Origin: Macrostomum hystrix
Taxonomy: Eukaryota > Animalia > Platyhelminthes
Length of the DNA: 64,000 nucleotides
Assembly (NCBI GenBank): GCA_950097015.1
Contig: CATNEN010000001.1
Coordinates: 20,336,001 to 20,400,000 of the forward strand
Direction of reading: 5' to 3'
A program made the translations under genes and the position numbers. Below the pieces are notes generated by a model. It saw nothing but the letters and a program-made list of their open reading frames with translations, ran no database searches and had not been told where the DNA came from. Positions 35,701 through 48,500 of this stretch are shown piece after piece (position 1 is the stretch's first letter; each line of letters starts with the position of its first letter).

Positions 35701-38700
35701 CTTACCCCTTAAGACTAGCAATTGTAAAGAATTGGATTCTTAAGAATCATGAATATGCTTATGCTTTGGGGCGGCTTGACCCCTTTAATACTCGTATCTC
35801 GGGGGCATGACCCCCTGGAGATCTATAGTGGGCATGACCCCCACTGGTTATCTCGGGGAGGGGGCATGACACCCACTGGTTATCTCGGGGAGGGGGCATG
35901 ACACCCACTGGTTATCTCGGGAAGGGGGCATGACACCCACTGGTTATCTCGGGGAGGGGGCATGACACCCACTGTTTATCTCGGGGAGGGGGCATGACAC
36001 CCACTGGTTATCTCGGGGAGGGGGCATGACCCCCACTGGTTATCTCAGGGAGGGGGCATGACCCCCACTGGTTATCTCGGGGAGGGGGCATGACACCCAC
36101 TGGTTATCTCAGGGAGGGGGGCATGACACCCACTGGTTATCTCGGGGAGGGGGCATGACACCCTCTAACTATCTAGGGGGTCAGATGCCCCCCTGACCCG
36201 CTCCAGATTCGCTTCTGATTCCCATGGACTAAAAGCATGGGATTCCGCACAATGACTTCCCAGCAACCTGATAGAAAACATTGTGACACATTCCGCATTA
36301 GCTGCAGTCACAGCGAAAATCAAAGAATTCTGTCAATCATTCTGGGCAAAACACAGACCCGTGTGTTTGTTTTACAAGTTTCTAAACAGACTGGCAATGC
36401 TCGCACAGTGTGACAGGCCTCCGAGTGACTAATCCCCCTTGTGAATGATAAGTCTTCACACCGTTGCTATCTTGTATCCGGGGGGAGGAATAATGCCCAC
36501 TTAGCTAACGATTGCTATCAACAATTATCGAACACGCTGCCAAATAGTTTAGACTGTACTACAATGCCTGGAACTGTGGGGAATTTCTTATTAATCACTT
36601 GCTGTGACTCAGCCAACAATAATAAGAAGATTTGCTTGGTCATAATTGGCTAGATTTAGCATGCAGTTAGCACACTTGACTCTTATCGCATCCACTGAAG
36701 CTCCCGTGCCATCTTGGACGGCAGCGGCCCTGTTCCCCCAACGATGCATCACTGTGTAGCTTCTGTTTGGGGGCCGGGAGACTAGGCTTATGGGATATTC
36801 AAGGGCGGGTGGGAATTGTGGTTTGCTGTGTGATTCGCATTAATTGGAGTGGCAAAGTAGCTTTGGTCAGACTGTGTTTATGGGCCTCATTATACACAGT
36901 TTACAATCACGCATCTAATTTGCACACTGGGCCTTCCTTGTGAACTTACCTTTCACTCTAATCTCTACATTGTCACTCTAATCTCTATTCTCTAGTCACT
37001 CCATTCTCTAATCTCTATTCTCTCTTGTCACTCCATTCTCTATTATCTCTTGTCACTCCATTCTCTATTCTATCTTGTCACTCTAATCTCTATTCTATCT
37101 TGTCACTCCATTCTCTATCCTCTCTTGTCACTCCATTATCTATTTTATCTTGTCACTCCATTATCTATTCTATCTTATCAGTCTAAATCTCTATTCTCTC
37201 TTGTCACTCCATTCTCTATTATCTCTTGTCACTCCATTCTCTATTCTATCTTGTCACTCTAATCTCTATTCTAGCTTGTCACTCCATTCTCTATCCTCTC
37301 TTGTCACTCCATTATCTACTCGTATTTTATCTTGTCACTCCATTCTCTATTCTATCTTGTCACTCCATTCTCTATTCTATCTTGTCACTCCATTATCTAT
37401 TCTCTCTTGTCACTCCATTCTCTATTCTATCTTGTCACTCCATTATCTATTCTATCTTGTCACTCCATTCTCTATTCTATCTTGTCACTCCATTCTCTAT
37501 TCTATCTACTCTATTCTCAACTCATTCTTGTCACTCTAATCTCCATTCTGTTTTGGCACTCCAATATCTATTCTCTCTTGTTACTCTAATATCTATTCTA
37601 TCTTACCAATCTAATCTTTATTCTATCTTGTCACTCTATTCTCTCGATTGTCACTCTAAACTCTCCATTGTCACTCCGTAAAGCTATTCTTACTCCCTTA
37701 ATCGAATGTAAATTTGTTAAATCAGTAATGAAACCTGGAAAATATAAAATACAAAACTACACAGCCATTATAACAAAACAATGGATTGAAAATTTTTCTT
37801 TCCTATACCTGTAAAATCGTAACAGAAGACGCAACACTTGACCCCTGTAACCTCGAATTCCAATTTCTAAACAGAAATGCTAAAAGCAAACAGCAATGCA
37901 TCGGTCATTTTGCTGCAGAATTCGGGCGAGACAAACAGTTGAAGAAGCCGTGTCTTTAATCAATTCTTTTATAGCTTAGTTTCGACTGTAAGTCTAAACA
38001 GCGGAAGGCACACTTAAGAAGCTGCGTAATGCTAATAATGTAAATAATATTATTTTCTGGTAAGCTACGAGTACTGTACAAATGGATTTCGACCACCCAG
38101 AGACTGGCCTCTGGAACTCTGGCCTGATTGCTGCTTCGGTTATCTATTTTATTAGGGAGCAATTGGCATTCGGTACCTCGACATTCTACGAGTATGACGA
38201 GAGTGGCATTTTGGGTGACATTGAGGGAGAGAGTGACATTCGAGTGACATTGTCAGTTTTTCCATTGTCCTTAATCGATCTACTGATTGTAACTCCAACA
38301 CCTTAGTTATTCCTCACTCACTTTGGAGTGACATTGGTGAGAAATATTCATCGATAATCCAGTTAATAGTGCGTCACTTACCTGCTAATATGATGACAGC
38401 TACTAGAAGCAGCAAGACCAAAGCCGACAACAGTCCAACAAGGATTCGGTGCCCGCGACCGCTGCAGCCTCGCTTATGACGACGCCGCTGAACTTCTCGC
38501 TGCTGCGCCGGGTGCTGCAAATCGCTGAGCTGCTCCGAGCACAGCGGCTTGCATGAGTTGTCTATGGTAGAACCAGAGCCGTTGGGCATGTACTGGCCTG
38601 GCGGTGTGGTCTGCGGAGCTGGCGGACTGAAATTCGAGTTTTATTTGTGGATGAACCTTAAAGCAAAATGTCAATGATTGTTTATTACAGCAGCACCCAC

Positions 38701-41700
38701 CCACCCCAAATATGTCTAGGGCCACAGCACCCCACGCCATAAATATTGTCTAGGGCCACAGCACCCCACACCATAAATATTGTCTAGGGCCACAACACCC
38801 CACACCATAAATATTGTCTAGGGCCGCAGCACCCACCACCCCAAAGATTGTCTAGGGCCGCAGCACCCACCACCACAAAGATTGTCTAGGGCCGCAGCAC
38901 CCACCACCATAAAGATTGTCTAGGGTCGCAGCACCCACCACCCCAAAGATTGTCTAGGGCCGCAGCACCAACCACCACAAAGATTGTCTAGGGCCGCAGC
39001 ACCCACCACCACAAAGATTGTCTAGGGCCGCAGCACCCACCACCACAAAGATTGTCTAGGGCCGCAGCACCCACCACCACAAAGATTGTCTAGGGCCGGA
39101 GCACCCACTGACCATTTTACTTCTATTCGATTTTGGGTCTCAAATTTTTTTCAACTGCTTTTGTTTTACAATTTCATCGGTATTTTTCTCCCGGGCTTAA
39201 CCAACGGCTGAATCGTGACACTCGCAGTGGGCTAGAAGATTTAGTCCATAACCCAGCCGGATGAGGTCAGAGCTTTTTGTCTGCTCTCTTCTCTAACCAA
39301 ATCCACTTCACCCGTTATCCTTGTGCCATAAACCGAAGCCTCAAAATATAGCCCTCCTCACTCGAGTACTCAAACGAGGGGCGTGGCTCCACTACTGCTC
39401 CATAGCCCCAAGCCTCTTTATCCCAAATCTTAAGTCACTCCTCGTTCGATTCCCCAACGCTTTGCTCGTCTTCAGCAGTCGATTGGCAAGAGAGAAAAAA
39501 CGATTTTTTGTTGTTTCAATGGGTCATGGTACGGAAGCAATCAAAATATTGCTTTCATATCCGGGTAGGATTTGGAGCAATTGAGGATCGGAATTTTATG
39601 CCTGAGTCAAGAATCCCCAACTGAAGGAATTCAAAGATTGTGACTTTTTTGGATTTACGGACTCTTTAGACCGTTTTCCGATTTTGTTATTTTGAGAAAA
39701 GCTAAATCGTCACTCTAATCTGACACTGTCACTCTTATCTCATACTCTGTCACTCTCATCCCTCACACTGTCACTCTTATCTCATACTCAGTCACTCTAA
39801 TCTTACACTTTGTCACTCTAATCTTACACTCGGTCACTCTAATCTCACACTCTGTCACTCTAATCTCACACTCCGTCACTCTAATCTCACACTCTGTCAC
39901 TCTAATCTCACACTCCGTCACTCTAATCTCACACTCTGTCACTCTAATCTCACACTCTGTCACTCTAATCTCACACTCCGTCACTCTAATCTCACACTCC
40001 GTCACTCTCAATTCAAGTCAAAGCAATCTGAAATTCAATAAACCGTTGCAGACCGAATGCACAAACCAGAGGCAAGGCAAGGCAAACTTAGGTAGAGGTC
40101 ACAATTAGTCGAAAGTTTACGTTAACTTTCAGATTTTATAATTTCGTAGTTCATCTCAGCATGAAACAAAATTTAAAATATTTGAAATCATAAAGTTTCT
40201 TAACTTCTGCTACTGTCGAGAAAGAGAGAGATTCGTCTGCGGATAACGAGCGCTAGAGGTGAGAGGGTAAAGGGGGTCGTTAATCTTCAAACTTTCTGCA
40301 TTCTTAAAGTCTGCGAGAACATAATTTCTAATTAATCTAGCTTTACTAGTCTAACTGGGCTTGGAATAAGTCCGCATACGGGAGGCCATGGCCCGGTCAC
40401 AGATTCCCGAAATCTTATTTCGCACCTTCTTCCGGATCTACTTCACAATTGTACTGGGGGCTTGATTAGGCGCAGCCATGTTTAAGGATATTGCAACACC
40501 TCTTGCGCTTTTAAATGGCCTGTCATTTCCGCAGTGATTGATCTATTGGTCAACAGAATAGCGTAGACGACCTGTAGATGCCATTGTCACATCTTCGAAA
40601 ACAAGAAATCTACTCGAATATCATGTTCTCCGATTCCAAGCTTTACTCTTCTAGGTCACTTCTCTATCCCGTCTGAATCCCATACGAATCCCATCTGAAT
40701 CCCATCTGAATCTTATCTGAATCCCATCTGGATCTTATCTGAATCCCATCTGAATCCCATCTGAATCCCATCTGAATCCCATCTGAATCCCATCTGAATC
40801 CCATCTGACTCCCATCTGAATCCCATCTGACTCTTATCTAAATCCCATCTGAATCCTATCTGAATCCCATCTGAATCCTATCTTAATCACATCTGAATCC
40901 CATCTGAATCCCATCTGACTCTTATCTAAATCCCATCTGAATCCTATCTGAATCCCACCTGAATCCCATACGAATCCCATCTGAATCCCATCTGAATCCC
41001 ATCTGAATCCTATCTGAATCCCACCTGAATCCCATACGAATCCCATCTGAATCCTATCTGAATCCCATCTGGATCTTATCTGAATCCCATCTGAATCCCA
41101 TCTGAATTCCATATGAATCCCATCTGAATCCCATCTGACTCTTATCTAAATCCCATCTGAATCCTATCTGAATCCTATCTGAATCCTATCTGAATCCCAT
41201 CTGAATCCCATCTGACTCTTATCTAAATCCCATCTGAATCCTATCTGAATCCTATCTGAATCCTATCTGAATCCCATCTGAATCCCATCTGAATCCCATC
41301 TGAATCCCATCTGAATCCCGTCTGAATCCCATCTGAATCCCATCTGAATCCCACCTAAATCCCATACGAATCCTATCTGAATCCCATCTGAATCCCATAC
41401 GAATCCCATCTGAATCCCAAACGAAACCCCTCGTATTTCTCGTTTCTGTCCTCACCTCCTATTCTCCAGTTTTATTTCGCCGAAATCCAGAAAATGCGTC
41501 ACAGTCTCATGCTATGGTCATCGCTGCTATTATTAACAGCTCATCATTTATCAGAGTCAATGATAAATGATAATATGTACAGGCATTTATTGGCCCAACT
41601 GAGAACCCTTGCCTAGCAATGACTAACTAACCTATGAGCCAGTAAAGCTGAAATATGCAAAACACACTGCTAGATGCCCACTGTAGATACCGTTCTAGTG

Positions 41701-42179
41701 ACGACATGTGCGATGACGCAATCACTATTTGTCCCTAAAATATTATCCCAACCAAATCACCAGCGCTCTCCTATTGCAACAGTGGCAAGAATTCCACTGC
41801 TAATGATGGAATCAACTGAGCTATCCGCGTGTCTTTTTGTTGTCTTTGTAGCAGGCAAAAAAATCTCAGATCCCAGATTTTTTGCGTTATAATTTTTTTT
41901 GCTATATTTGATTTATTTAGTTGCTAACGCTAATTACATATAATTCCTTTTTTTGCTCCCATTGTTAACAGTATCTTTTCTAACCATTGAGAATTGGGTA
42001 TGCGGGACCCCATTGTGATTGATGTCCTCATCCAGCTGTTAATGGGACTATCCAGGTTGAAGTAATGGGAATTCGCATTAATTATTAATTAGGGATTCTA
42101 TACACCTGGATACCAGGTAGCTTGAGAATATACTGTAAAACTTAAATTTGTTGTTCAACTGTCTTTTTCTCTCAAATAC

Positions 42180-42211
<32 letters not shown>

Positions 42212-42224
42212 ATATTTATCTATC

Positions 42225-42311
<87 letters not shown>

Positions 42312-42376
42312 ATATCTATTTATCTATCTAAATATCTATTTATCTATCTATTTATCTATCTATTTATCTATCTATA

Positions 42377-42442
<66 letters not shown>

Positions 42443-42507
42443 AACTTACCCAGCTGGATTTCGCATCAAAGGTGCATGCTGATTGTAGTCTGCAGAAGCC
42501 GTGTAGA

Positions 42508-42542
<35 letters not shown>

Positions 42543-45500
42543 CTGTTGCCATAAAGCAGGTAAGAATCTGGAATGAAAGAGCCAACGGATCATACAGGTT
42601 ATCTTGTTGAAGAACCGAAAGTCAGAAATTCCAAAACAGCGGCGCACAAGGAAATGCAATTTCCTGAGTGCTCAGTGCTCAGACCCGCCTAGGAAAAGAA
42701 AAAAATGTTTAGGGGGAAACCCGAGCTCCCGTTATCACCAAGCCTTATCCCCAGAAATCCTCACTGATCAATCCCTATGACTCAGTTCCATATCTTTCAA
42801 TATAGCTCAGAATTGCATGGACTCAGAAATAGTTTGAGTCAATCAAACAAATTGAGGGATTAGAAAAATTCTACTACACAGGTACTTCAATTCCTGAACT
42901 GGTTATATTAGCACGTGTCAAAGAAAAAATGTTCCCAACTTTTTTCCTGTCATTTTCATTTCAGATTGAAGCTGTTATTGACCCGTACAATGGAAACCCG
43001 ACTTGAGTTGTAACACTTTTTTAGACTCATTAAAATCACACTGAGAGCCTCGTTGTTGAAGTGCATTTCAGTTAAAGTACTTTTTGACCTGTGTGTTAGC
43101 ATAGACGGCTTATTGTAGGCACGTTAAAATATGGCTGTCATTTTATCAAAAATATTTTTCGTGTTTTTGCAAGTCACTACAGAATGTGTTAGAAATGATC
43201 AGGTAAGATATGTTACAGAATATGACAACCGACTTTCATAGAATTCACTACTATCTAGAGTTTATCTACCTATTAGTACAATTCAGTAAATGACAGTTTG
43301 GCATAAATTTGCAGTGAAATAGTGTCAGTGATGGGGGTGAGTGGCAGTGCGGTCTAACGCGTTTGCCTCTCGCACCAAGGTCCCTGAGTTCGATTCCGCG
43401 GCGAGGCCACATTCATTTGGGGCGCAGCCGCGGAGAGAAGGCTTGGTGGCTTGTTGTGCAATTTACGCCATTGAGGGCCAACCTCCAAGGCACAGTGACA
43501 TGTACACTGCCTGACGATGATGAGAAAGTCAGGACAGATGTACACACCTGTGTGAGTGTGTGCTCAGGAGTCAGCGAAATGGGCAGAAATACAGCCTCGC
43601 CGGCTGCGGGTCTAGTGTCACACGAGTTGGTTGGTTGGACGCAAAAGTGCATGTCAAACAATGCCGAGCACATAGGGTGAAATCTATTAGCTATATTTAG
43701 GAGAGAGAAAACCTAAAGTTGAGACTCCCTCATGGCGACCGGAGCAGGTGAGCAGGAGATGCCAAACCGTTCAACCGTCATTCGACTTGCATTCCTTCTA
43801 ACCGGTCCTAACACAAGCTCCCCCGTTGCAACTTCGCTTGCTGTCAAAACCTGGTGAACCGCAAATTAGGAAAGCGAATTAATTTCAAGCAGAAAAACCT
43901 AGAAGCAGGAAAAAATAATTTCAAGACCAGAAGAGAAAAGAGAGAGAGAGAAGATGCATTAATGGTCCGATAAGTTTTGCGGCACGCCAACTCAATTCTA
44001 ATGCTGATGCATTTGCGTGCTTATAAAACTTGAGCCTAGTGCGTATCGATATCTGCCCTGTATATGTATGCGTGTGTTCCAATACCTTACAGTGCTGACC
44101 CCAAAAGAAATCATATTGCATTTTTTGTCTATCGGGTTATACAGAAACACGGATGCTATCTGAGCAATCTGCCTGATTAGAATGGTGAACAAGAGTTCAT
44201 GGCCTTAGCGGGTTTGTTTTACAGTGAGCTTGTATTAATTAGCCTATTACAACAAAATAACTTGCACTGATATCCAACTATTCAGCTTTATTGCCTACTT
44301 GAAACTGACAACACAAGATATTATCTAAATCTAAATCTCGCGCCCTAAACCTGTCTCCCTAAACCTGTCTCCCTAAATCTCTCTCCCTAAATCTCTCTCC
44401 CTAAATCTCCCTCCCTAAGTCAGTCTCCCTAAATCTCTCTCCCTAAATCTCCCTCCCTAAGTCTGTCTCCCTAAATCTCTCTCCCTAAATCTCCCTCCCT
44501 AAGTCTGTCTCCCTAAATCTCCCTCCCTAAATCTCCCTCCCTAAATCAGTCTCCCTAAGTCTGTCTCCCTAAGTCTGTCTCGCTAAATCTCCCTCCCTAA
44601 ATCTCCCTCCCTAGTCAGTCTCCCTAAGTCTGTCTCCCTCAATCTCCCTCCCTAAGTCTGTCTCCCTAAATCTCCCTCCCTAAGTCAGTCTCCCTAAGTC
44701 TGTCTCCCTTAATCTCCCTCCCTAAGTCTGTCTCCCTAAATCTCCCTCCCTAAATCTCCCTCCCTAAATCTCTTTCCCGAAACTATTTTATAATTTTGCT
44801 CTATATCTTTGTCACGGTATCTCTGTCCATCAAAATGTGTTCCCAAATCTCTGTCCTAGCATTTCTCGCCCTGTATCAAAGCAGCGAGGACACAAAATGA
44901 AGGTGCAAAAGCGAACAAGTTGCAGTTAATTTCGACTTTACAAAACGAAATTCATATAAAAATTCGGACCCATATAGAACTAAGCCACAACGCGTTGTGC
45001 TGCTCGCAATAAAGACATCATTTTTGTTGGCTTCACGCACAAATAAAATTCATGAAAAAGCACACACAACACACAAACAGCCGACGGTTTTCCTCGGTTA
45101 CATTTCCTTCGACTTTTTTTCGCTCCCCGGAACAAAATCAAGCCGACTTGGTCGCAGGAATTCATTTTTTGCATCCCATTGCCTTCCCTATCTGCCTGGC
45201 TGCTGCTGCTGCTGCTGCTGCTGCCGCTGCTGTCGCATCCAGTGCCATGGAAGCCGCTTCCTTCCTTTTGCAAGACATCATGAAGCATAAACAACTGGCT
45301 TCAGGGGGGCCAACAGTGAGAATTCAGAGAAGCAACAGCAGCCGCAGTAACGGAAGTTCTTTCGCCTCATTGCGAAATTTCAAAGTCTATGCAAAGTTTT
45401 GAGAGTTTGAAGCAAAACAACTTTGAGCATATATCTTTGAGCTCGTGAAAAATCCACTAGGGCGGAAGGCCTTTTTGTTTAAAAGATGGAATGGCGCGTA

Positions 45501-48500
45501 TATTTAAATATGAACTTAAAATGTGTTAGAGGGGCCTAAAGATGTGCGAAAAAGTGGCGTGACTTCGCACCTCTCCCCGGCTTATCAAGTCGGCTGGCTG
45601 GAAGCACAAAGCCTACGCTCATACCGCAACTAGACTGAGGTTGCGGGGTTTGGAGTGCAGCTGCACTAGCGCATAGTTGGGCCGCCACCCCACTTTGTTT
45701 AAATCTTTCTAGTTTGTTCAAATCTGTTTTAATCTTCTAGTTTGTTTAAATCTTCTAGTTTGTTTAAATCTTCTAGTTTGTTTAAATCTTCTAGTTTGTT
45801 TAAATCAAACTTGCTTTTATTCTTCCAGTTTGTTTATTTTCCAGTTTGTTTGAATCTTCTAGTTTGTTTAAATCTTCTAGTTTGTTTAAATCTTCTAGTT
45901 TGTTTAAATCTTCTAGTTTGTTTAAATCTTCTAGTTTGTTTAAATCTTTTAGTTTGTTTAAATCAAACTTGCTTTTATTCTTCCAGTTTGTTTAAATATT
46001 CTAATTTTTTAAAATCTTCCTGTTTGTTTGAATTTTCCTGCTTGTTTTCAATTTTCCAGCTTTTCTTCATCTTCCAATTCATTGCGGGAAATTCTAGAAT
46101 TTACGACATCCAGTAAATTGAGGCTTCAGTAACAACTCAATTTAATTTGAAGCTGGGCCAAAAATGTATTGACTATGGAGCCACAAAACGAATGGAAACA
46201 ATAAACGACAGCAGGAAAGGTCTATTGAGAGATAAAAAACGACTGATAGCTGCTCGATGGAAACTAATTTCACAACCGCTTCATACTTCAGATTGAGTGC
46301 TTTGCTTTTGGAAACATAACAATGGATTGATTTTTTTATTTTGACACAGTTGAGTGGAGTTGAAAGGTTTTCAAACACCTGCGAGCTTGTCTGCTAGGAC
46401 AGGTTAAAACAAATTCAAGTGGGGATTGCAAATTCCCTGCACTGTGAGGGAGATTTCAGGAATTTTTATTTGATTTCTGCACTTTTGCACATCTATTAAT
46501 AATGCACTGCAGCCTTTGAAACGCAAAACTGATTCTCAAATCCCAATCACTGATATTTATGTTTTCTCTCGGTCTATTCTCACCTTGACATCCTCTTTTC
46601 CTCCTGTCCCTCTGGTCTTCTTTCCTCTGTTCTGTCCACTGACATTTTATTACACTCTATTTTCTCCCATTCTCCCCTCTTCCCACTTTTCTGTCCTCCC
46701 TCTTCCCATCTTCCGCTCTTCCCCTCTTTCCCATCTTCCCCTCTTTCCCATCTTCCCCTCTTTCCCATCTTCCCCTCTTCCCTCTCTTTCCCATCCTCCC
46801 TCTTTTTCATCTTCCCCTCTTTCCCATCTTCCCCTCTTTCCCATCTTCCCCTCTTTCCCCTCTTCCCTCTCTTTCCCATCTTCCCCTCTTTCTCATCTTC
46901 CGCTCTTCCCTCTCTTTCCCATCTTCCCCTCTTTCCCATCTTCCCCTCTTTCCCATCTTCCCCTCTTTCCCATCTTCCCCTCTTTCCCATCTTCCCCTCT
47001 TTCCCATCTTCCCCTCTTCCCTCTCTTTTCCATCCTCCCCTCTTTCCTATCTTCCCCTCTTTCCCATCTTTCCCTCTTTCCCATGTTACCGTGTCCCAAA
47101 GCAGTACTCTTTGGCTTTGGCTCAATTGATTTTCTCCATCAGTGGAAGCTTTAGTCGAGCAAGTTTATATATTTTTTTCAGTCTTTTATATCTACAGATT
47201 GTCTCCTAGAGATCTGGGTCAAGACTTGCGCAGGAGGACCAGAACGAAGTCAGAGAGCAAACACAACCACAAAGTCTCCTGTTGCCAGCCCTCGCCATGC
47301 ATATTCCTAGTTCTGAGTTCTGAGTTATTCTGAGTTCACGTGCTCATTATTAGTGTCCCACGCTATGCTGGTCGATTGCACAACCACTTTCCAGCTTGCA
47401 CAAGGCAAGGCCAATGCATTGTACGCACAAAATAACTGGCAACATTCTGCAATCGACAGTTATAAATAAGCAGGCTCTAACTAACCCAATTGGTCCGGTT
47501 GCTGCTACGGACGCTAACTAGCTAAACTAACTAGCTAACACTGCAGCTTTATCTGGCAGTGTGTGTGTAGCTCTTGTCCTGAAGTCCTCTCCCATATCTT
47601 GGTTACACACACACGCGCAAAAACCTTGTGCAACTGTCCAGTATATGCGGTGTGTGCCTGTGTACCACCACCCCAATCAGCTCAGCTGAGCATTATTAGC
47701 TTTGCAGTGTGCTCAAATTGGACTAGGGACTCAGGAATTTTTTCGCAGACTAATATATACATGTCCCCTTACAGAACAGTGGACGAGAAATAATGTAACT
47801 AGGCCACACAGGTGTTTCTATATGACACAGGTGTCACTGAGCTTCAAAATCCCATTTTCCCTGATCACACCTTTGGATTATCCTTAGCTATAGCTCAGTG
47901 TCTTTCTTCCGCTCTAACGATCAGAATCCCATGAACTTGGCGATTGATTTCCTGTTGTGAGCAGTGATAAGCAACCTACTTAGCAAGGCCTAGTGCTGAG
48001 GTGAAAGCTGGGGACATTGATTGACGCATTCTACAGAAATATTTTAACAACATAGACTACCATTAACACTTCTTTTTTCAATCTACTCCACTTTAACTCT
48101 CCCTAACCTACTCTACCTCAATAACCTACTTTACCTCACAATAACCTATTCTACTTCATAATAACCTACTCTACCTCAATAACCTACTTTACCTCACAAT
48201 AACCTATTCTACTTCATAATAACCTACTCTACCTCAATAACCTACTCTACCTCAATAACCTATTTTACCTCACAATAACCTACTTAACCTCACAATAACC
48301 TACTCTACTTCATAATAACCTACTCTACCTCACAATAACCTACTTTACCTCACAATAACCTACTCTACTTCACAATAACCTACTCTACCTCACAATAACC
48401 TACTTAACCTCACAATAACCTACTCTACTTCATAATAACCTACTCTACCTCACAATAACCTACTTTACCTCACAATAACCTACTCTACTTCATAATAACC

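Noticed and set aside
29539-39108. 31-34 bp repeats resembling CRISPR arrays
   Set aside because: The units are head-to-tail with no unique spacers, the context is eukaryotic and there are no cas genes.
43333-43410. Functional tRNA gene
   Set aside because: Acceptor and anticodon stems are poor, and it is followed by a body shared with a second dispersed copy, so a SINE head fits better.
43505-43545. Hammerhead ribozyme in the SINE (ctgacgatgatgagaaa)
   Set aside because: There is no helix II between a CUGANGA and GAAA, the motif is not kept in the other copy, and it folds as a simple hairpin.
44980-45402. CTG/CAG-repeat island as an additional teneurin intracellular exon
   Set aside because: The polyQ frame hits TAG with no convincing splice pair, and exons 2-3-4 already join in phase.
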